A program made the translations under genes and the position numbers. The notes under the pieces are model-generated. The model saw only the letters and a list, made by a program, of their open reading frames with translations. It was not told the origin of the DNA and made no database searches. Positions 1 through 12,567 of a stretch of 64,000 nt of DNA are shown here, one piece after another. This DNA comes from the human T2T-CHM13v2.0 reference genome, Homo sapiens, in the NCBI RefSeq assembly GCF_009914755.1, contig NC_060925.1, one strand, 5' to 3'. Position 1 is the stretch's first letter, and each line of letters opens with the position of its first letter.

Positions 1-257
1 GCTCCATCCTTCTACAATCATAGCTTCTGCTGGCGGCCCCTATTCTATGGTTCCAGCTCTCAGCTGGGTTCTGATAATGCTGTTGCCTTCCATTATTCCA
101 TCTAGGGGTAGTATTGGCTTCTCGTTTTTGCTAGTCCCTGGGTTCCTCGTTGGTTCTCTTTACCTGCTCACACCTCTAAAAACATTCCTTTTATTAAACA
201 TGCTCTTCAGAATTCTTTAAGTATGCCATTTGTTTTTTACCAGGGCCCTCACTTATA
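1..257 (+). mobile_element. 3' part of an ancient ERVL LTR (LTR33-like)
   Basis: 'cctgctcacacctctaaaaacattccttttattaaac...aagtatgccatttgttttttaccagggccctcacttata' resembles the LTR33 3' end; cut by the window edge. Confidence 0.55.
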
Positions 258-703
258 ACTCATTGTTACATACATATATGTGTATATGTGTGCACACACA
301 TTGCCTTGAATTGATGTGTAAAGTGGGAGTTATAATACCTTGTTTTCAGAGTTTTGAGGCTGAAATGTGACAGCATATACAAAGGATCTGAGCATTGCTT
401 CTAGGACACAGTAAATACTCAATTGTGATAGCCACTAATATTAACAGTTATTGTGCTCTTGTGCCAGGCATTGTATTCATTATGGAGTATCCATCTGCCT
501 CTGTATAAAGTGCCTATTTTCACTACTTAAAATACCCAAGTCCTTCAAATGAGATAACATAAAGTGCCCACGACAGTGATAGGGACACTGCAAACACTCA
601 GTGCTTTCTGCACTTCAAAGCTCAACCTTCTCTGGTCCCCACCTCCTCCTGTGCAAGCAACACATCCCTTTTCTGAATTTCTGTAGCTCTTTCTGTGTTC
701 CTC

Positions 704-1337
704 TGTTGGGGCTCAGAAAACAATGCCCCAAAATGAAGGCCTCAGAAGCAGCCTCAGAGGTGTAGGTTTGTTGTCTGACCTTCTCCTGCCCTCCTGTCCC
801 TCAGTCCCATGCCCCACTGAGGCTAGCCTCAGAAACTAGAATCCCTCTTCCCCAGGGCGGGTCATAGAAACCAAAATGCCTTTTTCTCCAAAGCCAGACA
901 TAAAACCTAAAAATATTACTCCAACATTCCTTCTGCCCTATTTCTGTGAAAACAGGCCATAAAGAAATTATCTGACATACCTTGTTTGTAGATCATAAGA
1001 CCCCCATTCCAGAGAAGGTCATGTCCCATCCCCAGAAGGAAGGAATGCTGCTCAGAGAGGCGAAGGAGAATCTAGGCAGACAGACCTGGCTGGGCTTCCT
1101 TGCTCAGTTTATTAGCATTAGATCATACCTTTTTGGTGCAATCATATTTCTACATGGCTGTCCATACTTTGTTAAACCTAAGCATAAAATAGATCAATTT
1201 CTCCTGTGTCTTTGGGTCTTCATTCTGAAGGCTCCCATGTGTACATGCTAAATAAATTTATATGCCTTTTCTCTTATTCATCTTCCTTTTGAGAGTTGAT
1301 TTTTCAGTGAAACTTCAAAGGGCCCTTGGTCCCCACA
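704..1337 (+). mobile_element. Solo ERV1 LTR, MER39-like
   Basis: Starts TGTTGGGGCTCAGAAAAC and ends CCCCACA (TG...CA); AATAAA near 1252; imperfect 4-bp TSD cctc/ccgc; body matches the remembered MER39 consensus. Confidence 0.8.
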
Positions 1338-1542
1338 CCGCTCTTATGCTGCTTATTACTTTCTCCTAGCACAGTGTAATAACCCACGGATGCCAGAGTC
1401 ATCTGCCTCATTGCAACCACATTAGGGGCTAATGAGATAACCAAAATATCCTGTAAAGTTCAAAGTACTATATAAATATGTTGAGTTTTAACAAGTTTGT
1501 GATGTATTATGGTAATAAGCAGAGGTGAGTGTTGCTCCAAAC

Positions 1543-2083
1543 TTTTTTTTAGATTCAGCGGGTACATGTGCGGGTTTGTGACATGGATATGTTGCATAAT
1601 GCTGAGATTTGGGCTTCTATTGAACCCATCATCCAAGTAGTGAACATAGTACCCAATAGCAAGTTTTTCAGCCCTTCCCACCTCCCCTCCTGCCTCTTTT
1701 TGGAGTCCGCAGTTTCTGTTGTTTTCGTCTTTATGTTCAGGTGTATTCATTGTTTAGCTCCCACTTTTAAGTGAGAACAGTATTGCAGTATTTGATTTTC
1801 TGTTTCTGCTTTAATTCACTTAGGATAATGACCTCCAGCTGCATCCATGTTGTTGCAAAGGAAATGATTGCATTATTTTTATGGCTGTGTAATATTCCAT
1901 AGTGTATATGTACCACATTTTCTTTATCCAATACATCACTGATGGACACCTAGGTTGATTACATTACTTTGCTCTTGTGAGTAGTGCTATGATAAATATA
2001 TGAGTGACAGTGTCTGTTTGGTAGAACTATTTCTTTTCCTTTGGGTAGAAGGGGATTGGGATTGCTGGGTCAAATGGTAGTTC
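1543..2083 (-). mobile_element. 5'-truncated L1 3' end (L1PB/late L1PA-like)
   Basis: L1 3'UTR and ORF2 C-terminus in reverse ('gggtacatgtgcgggtttgtgacatgg', 'ttttttatggctgtgtaatattccat'); flanked by TSD-like ccaaactttt on both sides. Confidence 0.85.
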
Positions 2084-2280
2084 CCCAAACTTTTATATTA
2101 GCTATTTTTTCAGTTTTTCAGAGCTTTTTGCAACATTATTTTTCCAGAAGTATGTTTATGACCATTTGATATTCAATATATATTTATGGGGAAGAAATAG
2201 TTTGAGGGGAAAGATCTTTCAAATTCTAGGAAATCTAAATGTAGAAGAAAAGAAAAACATTACTCTACATTTAAAATTGT

Positions 2281-2326
2281 TATATATGTATATGTATGTG
2301 TACACACACACACACGCACGCGCACA
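2281..2326. repeat. Alternating purine-pyrimidine microsatellite (TA/TG/CA/CG)
   Basis: tatatatgtatatgtatgtgtacacacacacacacgcacgcgcaca. Confidence 0.9.
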
Positions 2327-2502
2327 GGGCTCTGATAACCCCCTTCATTTCCTTGTGAAATGAAGTTGCTTCATTTTCTTACGAAGCACAGAGAAATGCC
2401 AGTTTCGCAATGCCAGGGAATCACTGTATTTGCTTTTGTGGTATTAACGCACAATGGTTTTAACATAGCATTGGTATACACATGTCCAAAGAATCCTTTG
2501 CT

Positions 2503-3480
2503 TCAGTGATGCTTCTCTCTCATGACTTCTTTTCTTCTGCCAGTCTGTCTCTCTCCCTCTGCTTCTACTCCATTGCTTTTCCTCATTCTTTCCTTTAAAT
2601 GTTGGTATTTCCCAGAGTTCTCTAGCCTCCATCTCTTTTCTTCCAACTTTACATGCTTCCTGCTTTGGATGAGCGAATCTAGGCCCATGACTTCAAATAC
2701 ACCCCAGTGCCAACATGGCTCAAACTTTCATTTCTGGTCTTTTCCTGCCCAGCTTCAGAACTACCTAAAAGACATCCGTATTTGGCTGCTCCAAAGGCAC
2801 TCCAAAGTTGACATCCCAAAGCACAGCTCATCATATCCTGCCCAGGATTGCTCCTTCCAATCCCTATTCCATTCATACTGGTAGTTGCTTAAGCCAGTAA
2901 TCTGAGTGTTATCCTTTGGCTCACGTTCTCCTTTACCTCCACATTTAATCAATCACCATGTTTTGACCAATCAATCCCCTTAAAATGATTCAAATCCACC
3001 CATGTCTCTTCATCCACTCTGCTACCACTTAGTCCAGAAAATAATTATTGGTTTCCTAGATTACTGCAACAGCCATCTTATCCAAGGCAGTCTTTCTGAA
3101 CTGCAAATCTAACTGCCATTGTCTTGTCTAAATCCTCCAGTAGCTTCCCAGTATCCTCAGAATGAAGTCCACATGTTTTACCATGGCCCACCCAACACCC
3201 CACCCCCATGATGTGGCCTCTGCCTACTTGCCATCCTCATTCTGATCTCATCCCTATTCTCTCTTACTTGGGCTTCTGTGCATGGTTTCCCATTTCCTGG
3301 AATGTGTGTGGCCCCATCCCTGCTTGGGTAATTCCTAATCCTCTTTAGACTCGTTGAAGTCATCACTCTATTCAAGAAGACTTCCCTGGGTCCCCAGGTG
3401 GGATGAGATGCATCTGTATCCCTGTTTTGACTCCTATGACAAAGCACTGTTTTACTTGCTAATCCAAGGAGCTCTTGGCA
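2503..3480 (+). mobile_element. L2 LINE relic
   Basis: Degenerate L2 3' motifs, e.g. 'ggcactccaaagttgacatcccaaagcacagctc', 'tctgagtgttatcctttggctc', 'tcaagaagacttccctgg'. Confidence 0.65.
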
Positions 3481-3714
3481 AACAGGCACATCTTGTTATT
3501 ACTGGATCCTCAATTCCGGTGTGTAGAGAATGGCTGAATTAAAGCAATAGATGGCATTCCTTTCTCCCCACTCTCATCAGCCCACTTTCATAAGAATGGG
3601 TTTCAGTTCCTATAAAATAAGAAAATTATACTAGGCCCCTTCCAGCTTTAAGAATCTATGATTCTGTTGCTCCCAATGCTTATAAATTGCTATGGGAGAG
3701 TGGAGGGTTCATGG

Positions 3715-4120
3715 TCAGGGTTTGAACCCTGGCTTTGTCACAGCTGTGTGATCTTGTACAACTTGCTTGACCTTTCTGAGCATAAGACCCTCATTTGAAA
3801 AATGAGGGTAGTAATATCAATCTTACATAGTTATTATGAGGACTAAATTAAATTAACTTAGACAACATATGAAATATGTTCTTCGTCTCCCTTCTGCTGA
3901 GGGAGCCCTTTGTTCAAAGGAGCCCTTTGCTCAAATGCTGGCTCCACTACTTACTATCTGTACAATCCTGGTCAATTAACTTCACATACAGAGCTTCAGT
4001 ATTTTTCCATTTGTAAAACAAAGATTACACATATATTATGACGTAATGAAGATTAATGAGATGATCCATGTAAAGCTTTGCAGCATGTAGATATAGCAAG
4101 TGCTCAACAAACGTTAGCCA
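3715..4120 (+). mobile_element. Two MIR relics
   Basis: MIR core 'gctgtgtgatcttgtacaacttgcttgacctttctgagc...ctcatttgaaaaatgaggg' and a second copy at ~3930-4120. Confidence 0.65.
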
Positions 4121-4642
4121 CTTCCATGATGATGGAGGAGGAGAAGGGGGAGGAGGAGGGAAAAAGAAGAAGATATGCAAAGCATAGCAATAGTTGACTT
4201 TCAACAAAGGTTACTCCCTTTCCTCTTTCCTATTCCATTATTGGTTGGGGGAAAGCTTCATTTACCCATTCTAGGGTCAAACCCCATTACAATAAAATTA
4301 TTGCCCAACTTCCCCTGCTGAATGGGAACCTTCTTATATTAAATTTTGGTAAGAATTACCTACATTTTAAATAATTCAGGTTACTTAATTCAATATGTTT
4401 GACAATGTATAGGCATAACTCTTAGAAAAATAGATCATGTAAACACTGTCAGATTATTTCCCCACACTTTCTTTTTCTTGCCAGCACCATTATAAAATTA
4501 TAGAGGGCTTCCATATATCGGGACCTGCATCATGAAAAAATGGTTGGGGTGGAGTGGGAGTAGAGGTTCCAAACTTCTAGTGGCTTTATGGAGAAAGCCT
4601 CACTGTCCCTATTACCTGAACTCTTACCTCTGAGGTGGTTGG

Positions 4643-4976
4643 GTTTTGTTTGTTTGTTTGTTTGTTTTTGGTTTTGGTTTTTTCGAGACATGGTCTCACT
4701 CTGTAACCCAGGCTGGAGTGCAATGGCACAATCTCGGCTCACTGCAACCTCTACCTCCCAGGTTCAAGTGATTCTCCCACCTTAGTCTCCTGAGTAGCTG
4801 GGACTAGAGGTGCACGCCACCACACCCGGGTAATTTTTGGTTTTGTTTTTGTGTTTTTATACAGACAGGTTTCGCCATATTGCCCAGGCTGGTCTCAAAC
4901 TCGTGAACTCAAGTGATCTGTCTGCCTCAACCTCCCAAAGTGCTGGGATTACAGGCGTGAGCCACCATGTCCAGCC
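4643..4976 (-). mobile_element. Alu (AluJb/AluS)
   Basis: Reverse Alu dimer with (TTTG)n tail; ends 'gtgagccaccatgtccagcc'. Confidence 0.95.
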
Positions 4977-5082
4977 TCAAGATAGTTGTTACACGCTTCT
5001 TTATTTTGCCCTTCACCTACTTTCTCCTCTGAATTATCTTTCCTCAGCTCCTTCTTCTCATGCATTTACTTTTCTTACTCTT

Positions 5083-5575
5083 TGTTTCAGTTATTGTTGA
5101 TGCACAAAAAACTACTCTGAAACCTAGTGGCTTTATAAAACAGTCATTTTGTTTGGACCATGATTTGTGGATTAGGAATTGGGGAAAAGCTTGTGTCTCT
5201 GATCCACATGGAGTCCATTGGGGCAGCTGAAGCTGGGAACCACTTTCCAGCTGACTTTCTCACGCACATCTCTAGTGCCTCAGTGTTGTTCAGCCTGACC
5301 CCCAGCTCACCCCCTCCACACAGGTCCCTTCTTCCAGAGCTTCTTCATGTGGCTCAGGATTCTCACAGAATAGTGGTCCCAGAATAGTCTCATTTCTTGG
5401 TGGTTGGCTTCCTACAGGTGAGAAGTGGAAGCTGCCGTGCTCTTTAGGGGCTATGCACATAGCTAGCATGGCATGATTTCTGCTATCCTGTACTGGTCAA
5501 AGCAGTCACAGGCCTGCCCATCAAAGGGAGGGGAACAGACACTTTCTCTTGATGGAAGCAGTGTGTATCATTAAC
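5083..5575 (-). mobile_element. Old MaLR LTR (MLT1 family)
   Basis: 'actactctgaaacctagtggctttataaaacagtc', 'ctgtactggtcaaagcagtcacaggcctgccc' are typical of MLT1H-K. Confidence 0.65.
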
Positions 5576-5744
5576 CAGTCACACTCTTAGTATCAAGTTC
5601 TGTTATTCTTCCAAGATAGTATTTCAATAATATTTTCAGAAAAATTTCTTTCATTTTCTGAAGTTTTGCTAACTTTTTTCTGAATTAAAAACAGGGTCCA
5701 TAATACACAACTAGCACTAGTCACTGACTAGTAGTAGGTGCTAA

Positions 5745-6050
5745 TACTGTCTAGCAGAGAGACAGCTATGAATCAAACCATCACTAAATACTCACAAACT
5801 AAGTGCTGTAAAGGAAAAGGACTGGGTACCATGAGCATGTATAATAACGTAAATCCCATATGTCTGGGGGAATAAAGGAAGACTTCCCTGGAGAGGTGAC
5901 TTCTGAGCTGAGAATTGAAAGATGAGTAGGTATTAATCAGGAGTGGAGAGAAATTACCAAACTGAGCCGAGCATATGAGCAAAGACACAAGGTGGGAGGG
6001 AATTTAGCATATTGGAGGAAGGAAGAGAAAAATCTATGTGCTACAGCTGG
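5745..6050 (-). mobile_element. L2 relic
   Basis: 'ggaagacttccctggagaggtgacttctgagctgagaattgaaagatgagtagg'. Confidence 0.6.
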
Positions 6051-7142
6051 AATGTCAGTGATATTGTTAACCTTGTTTTAAAGCTGAGGGTCAGCTCCTG
6101 GCTGAGAGCCCTGACACAGGTAAGGGCTCCATAAATACGTGCCTCCCCAATGACAGGGGGCCTGTCAATAATATGCATCCGCCCTCAGGCCTTTTCTACA
6201 GCCTTTACAACTAGAAGAGTGTCCCCTACAACCTCATGACATCTTACGTGAGAACCATGCAGATTCAGAGAAGTCACCATTGAAAACCACCCGAAGAAAA
6301 CATTATCTACCGAAAATATAACACATCCTGGTGGTTATTATAGAGTGGAGTTAAAATGTAAATCAAGATTAACTCACACCAAGATTATCCTGCTCTTTAG
6401 AGATGATATATGACTCACACTACTGTCTCTGCTATACTATATATAGCAGAGATAGTATATGTATATGCATATACTATCTCTACTATATATAGAAATATAT
6501 ATAGTATATTATGATGTGAAATTTTGATGTGAAAGCTAGAAGAAAATGGTAATTTGTGTTCATACAGGTCACATATGTAGCTACGTACTAAATTTTTCAG
6601 GGAATTTATTTAAACATCTCAACCATCAAATTAGCATATGCATCAATAAAAAAATGCTGTACAAATTGTCTATAATTTATTGTACAGGAAATTTTATGCT
6701 TTTATTCCCTAGTATATGGGCTTCTATTCTCTATTCAGTTTTTGTTATTTTAATATATTAAACATAATTGCAAAAAATTAATGATCTATGCCATCTGCCA
6801 ACTCAAAATCTCCTAATCTCAGTTTCTCCAACTTTCCTTCTAAAAAAAATTAGAAAAGCCTTTAAAGAAAGTATTTTTCAAAAATATAGGGAAAAAAGGG
6901 AAAGGAAATTGCCTTGGAAAGCAAATTTTTCTTCTGTGAGAATGCTGACAGATAAATCATTTTGGAGAGAAATGGGCAAGAATATTACATAGAAAAATCA
7001 GTTTCATTTTTATAGAAAACATGGGTTTCCACTAAAGACCATATCATAGGATACATCTTTAAAAAGAAAAGAGAAGTTTCCACTCTAACTTGCTTTTTGC
7101 CAAGAATGCTTTCTGACATCTTAATTAATTTTAGGAATTATC

Positions 7143-7497
7143 TGTATTAGTCTGCTCTCACGTTGCTAATGAAGATATACCTAAGACAGGGTAGTTTATA
7201 CAGGAAAGAAGTTTAATAGACTCACAGTTCCACATGGCTGAGGAGGCCTCACAATCATGGCAGAAGGTGAAGGAGGAGCAAAGTTATATCTTACATGATG
7301 GCAGGCAAGAGAGCTTGTGCAGGGGAACTCCCATTTATGAAACCACCAGATCTCATGAGACTTATTCACTAACAGAATAGGAAAACCCACCCCCATGATT
7401 CAATAACTTCCCATTGGGTTCTTCTCACAACATGTGGGGATTATGGGAACTAAAATTCAAGATGATATTCGGGTGGGGACACAACCAAACCATATCA
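7143..7497 (-). mobile_element. THE1 (THE1B/C) solo LTR
   Basis: Reverse complement starts TGATATGGTTTGG and ends GACTAATACA; perfect 5-bp TSD ttatc (7138-7142, 7498-7502). Confidence 0.93.
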
Positions 7498-7974
7498 TTA
7501 TCCTTTCAGTTGTATCCTTCCTATTGTGACTTAATGTTTCTTGAATTTTATAATATTGTCTGCCTTATTGCAATAGTGTTCAGATCCTCATCAGAAGTGG
7601 TCATTGACGGGTAAGTTGGAGATCAGGGAATAGGTTTGGCATTGTCAGACAAGACTAATGAATATCAATTGATAAAGAATGGGTTGTTAATATTATGGGG
7701 GATAGTCTAAAGCATATTACATTACTGTATAATGCTGTATTCTATATAATTGTATATTACTTTACAATATTCTAGAAATATGGTGAAACTAATACATGCT
7801 TTAAAAGAAATTATATTTTTATTGCCTTTTGAAAGTTTACATTTAATTTTTATTTTACTTTATTTTGCGTTTTGCTTTTACAAGATTATTGATTTGCTAT
7901 AGCCCAAGAGGTAGTAGGTGAAAAGCTTAAAGTAGTTAATAATCTGAGATTATTTTTCCTCCCTTCTGTTTTTC

Positions 7975-8286
<312 letters not shown>

Positions 8287-9277
8287 CTGTTTTTCTTTTA
8301 TAAAGACACCAGAAGGAAATTAAATGCTTAATTAAATTAAACAAATCAGGCACTAATATTACCACAATCGGGGTTTGCATCACTAATTGCTTATTGAGTA
8401 TTACAACAGTGTTCACACAATCTGAAAGTAGAGTGGTTTTGGCCACATATCAAAATAGGCAGTGTTATAACAGTTCCAGATGTTATGGTAACAGGCACTC
8501 TGGAGGTGGGGTCAATGTGAGCATCATCAGAACACCAGACAATTAGATATTGCTAGTTCAGTTTGCTGGGCCTTGTCTTGATCCCTTTAGGGTGAAAATG
8601 GTGCTTCCAGCTTCCATCTGTTTGGCCCTGCTTGGGAAGGAGTCATGCTGGGCCAGGCTAATCACATGTTCTAGAAGAGGTCACAAAATTCTGATTTGGG
8701 AATTTTTGTAAACGACTATACCCATCTTACACATACTGAAATCTAAGAAGATAATATTTCCTTGTCACGTTTTTCTGAAGCAGACGTTCAATTAAATTCA
8801 AAGAGCACATGTCTGCTCTCATAGGAACAACTATGAGCAATTAAAAGAGAAACAGAACAAGTGACAAAACAGCTCCTTCTTCAGAAGAGTGGGAGAAGTA
8901 ACCCACTGTGGATGGTTCAACACTTCTGTCAGTAGGTAAAACTGTGACAGAGTCAACATTCACCTTAGAAATTCTTCTATGTGCCCCTGCTCCACCCCAC
9001 ACACTGTTAGCAGTTCCCCATCCCTGGGTTGCCTCTCTGAGCACAGGCTTAAACTGCTCCCTTCCACACCAAAATATATGTGCTCTGGAGTTCATTTTGT
9101 CAGATTCCTCTTAAGCTTCTAATAAAACCTAATAAACCTATTCAGGATAGGATCTCAGATGAAAATAACTTTTCAATTCAATACTTTTATATTAAGTGAC
9201 TAAGTGTGCTAGATACTGTGGCTAACGATCTGATTAAGAAATGGTTTCTCTATTCATCATTTTAAAAATCAGGAACA

Positions 9278-9600
9278 GGCAGGTGCGGTGGCTCACATCT
9301 ATAATCCCAGCACTTTGGGAGGCCGAAGCTGGCGGATCACCTGAGGACAGGAGTTTGAGATCAGCCTGACCAACATGGTGAAACCCCATCTCTACTAAAA
9401 ATACAAAAAGTAGCTGGGTGTGGTGGCAGGCACTTGTAATCCCAGCTACTCAGGGGACTAAGGGATGAGAATCACTTGAATTGGGGAGATGGAAGTTGAA
9501 CGACCCAAGACTGTGCCACAGCACTCCAACCTGGGCGATAGAGCAAGACTCTGTCTCAAAAATAAATAAATAAATAAATTAATTAATAATTAAATTAAAA
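9278..9600 (+). mobile_element. AluS with (TAAA)n tail
   Basis: Full dimer; TSD-like aaaatcagRaaca on both sides. Confidence 0.95.
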
Positions 9601-9614
9601 TTTAAAATCAGAAA

Positions 9615-9880
9615 CAATTGGAAAGCCCTATAATAAAAGAGTAGTTAAATAAATCAAGGTATATCCATACCTGTGGGATATGCTGTAGTCATTAAAAATA
9701 ATGCTTTTGAAAATAATGTTTTAGTATGATCACAGTTTAATGACATATATAGGAGAAAATGCTTAATAAAATGTAACAGTAACTTTTGCTATCTTTAAGA
9801 AGTGGGATTATAGGTGATTTTTATTTTCTTTAAAATTTTATGTGTTTTCCAATTTTTCTTTAAGAAGCATATACTTCATA
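9615..9880 (+). mobile_element. L1ME-like 3' fragment
   Basis: 'gttaaataaatcaaggtatatccatacctgtgggatatgctgtagtcattaaaaataat', 'gtgggattataggtgatttttattttc'. Confidence 0.55.
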
Positions 9881-9900
9881 AAATAATAAAAATCATTTCT

Positions 9901-10210
9901 TTGGGTTTTTTGTTTTTTTTTTTTTTTTTGAGATGGAGTCTTGCTTTGTCGCCCAAGCTGGTGTGTAGTGGTGCAATCTCAGCTCACTGCAGCCTCTGCC
10001 TCCCAGGTTGAAGTGATTCTCCTGCCCCAGCCTCCCAAGTAGCTGAGATGACAGGTGTGTGCCACCACACCCAGCTACTTTTTGTATTTTTAGTACAGAC
10101 AGGGTTTCACCATGTTGACCAGGCTGGTCTCGAACTCCTGGCCTCAGGTGATCCGCCTGCCTCAGCCTCCCACAGTGTTGGGACTACAGATGTGAGTCAC
10201 CTACCCAGCC
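9901..10210 (-). mobile_element. AluS
   Basis: Reverse full Alu dimer with poly(T) head. Confidence 0.95.
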
Positions 10211-10381
10211 TAAAGACAATTTCTCTCTGTAAGAGTTATGTCTAGTCCAAATTAAAAGATTGAAAACAAATTATTAATACATTATAAGTGTTATAGTTAC
10301 ATACAAGATGTTATGAGAATAACTACCCATATGAATGATATCACTTAATATTATACCACCACCAATGATTTCTCAAAAATC

Positions 10382-12263
<1,882 letters not shown>

Positions 12264-12290
12264 AAAAATCTTTAGTATTTTAAGGAAAGG

Positions 12291-12567
12291 TACAGTTAAC
12301 AATTTCTTACCCAAAATATTTGATGCTAGATGTGACATTTTTTGGATTTTAGGAAGATAATGTGGTGAGTATATCTGTTTATGTAACACCCCCAGTGGGT
12401 CCTGGGCAGCAACCCATAATCAAATGTACTAATATTTCCATTAAGTGAGATGAATGGGGACTATAAAGCTTCACATCAATTTTGGCCACCAAATTTTGTT
12501 ACTAAAACTTTTGCTTTCCAGAGCCCTTTGGATTTCTGAATTGCAGACCACGGATCGCGGACCTGTA
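12291..12567. mobile_element. Tigger-type MITE (MER46C-like)
   Basis: TA-flanked ends 'tacagttaacaatttcttacc...' and '...ggatcgcggacctgta'; internal 'ggattttaggaagataat'. Confidence 0.55.

Noticed and set aside
7396-7406. DUX4 site in the THE1 LTR
   Set aside because: Reads TGATTCAATAA rather than TGATTCAATTA, so the motif appears broken
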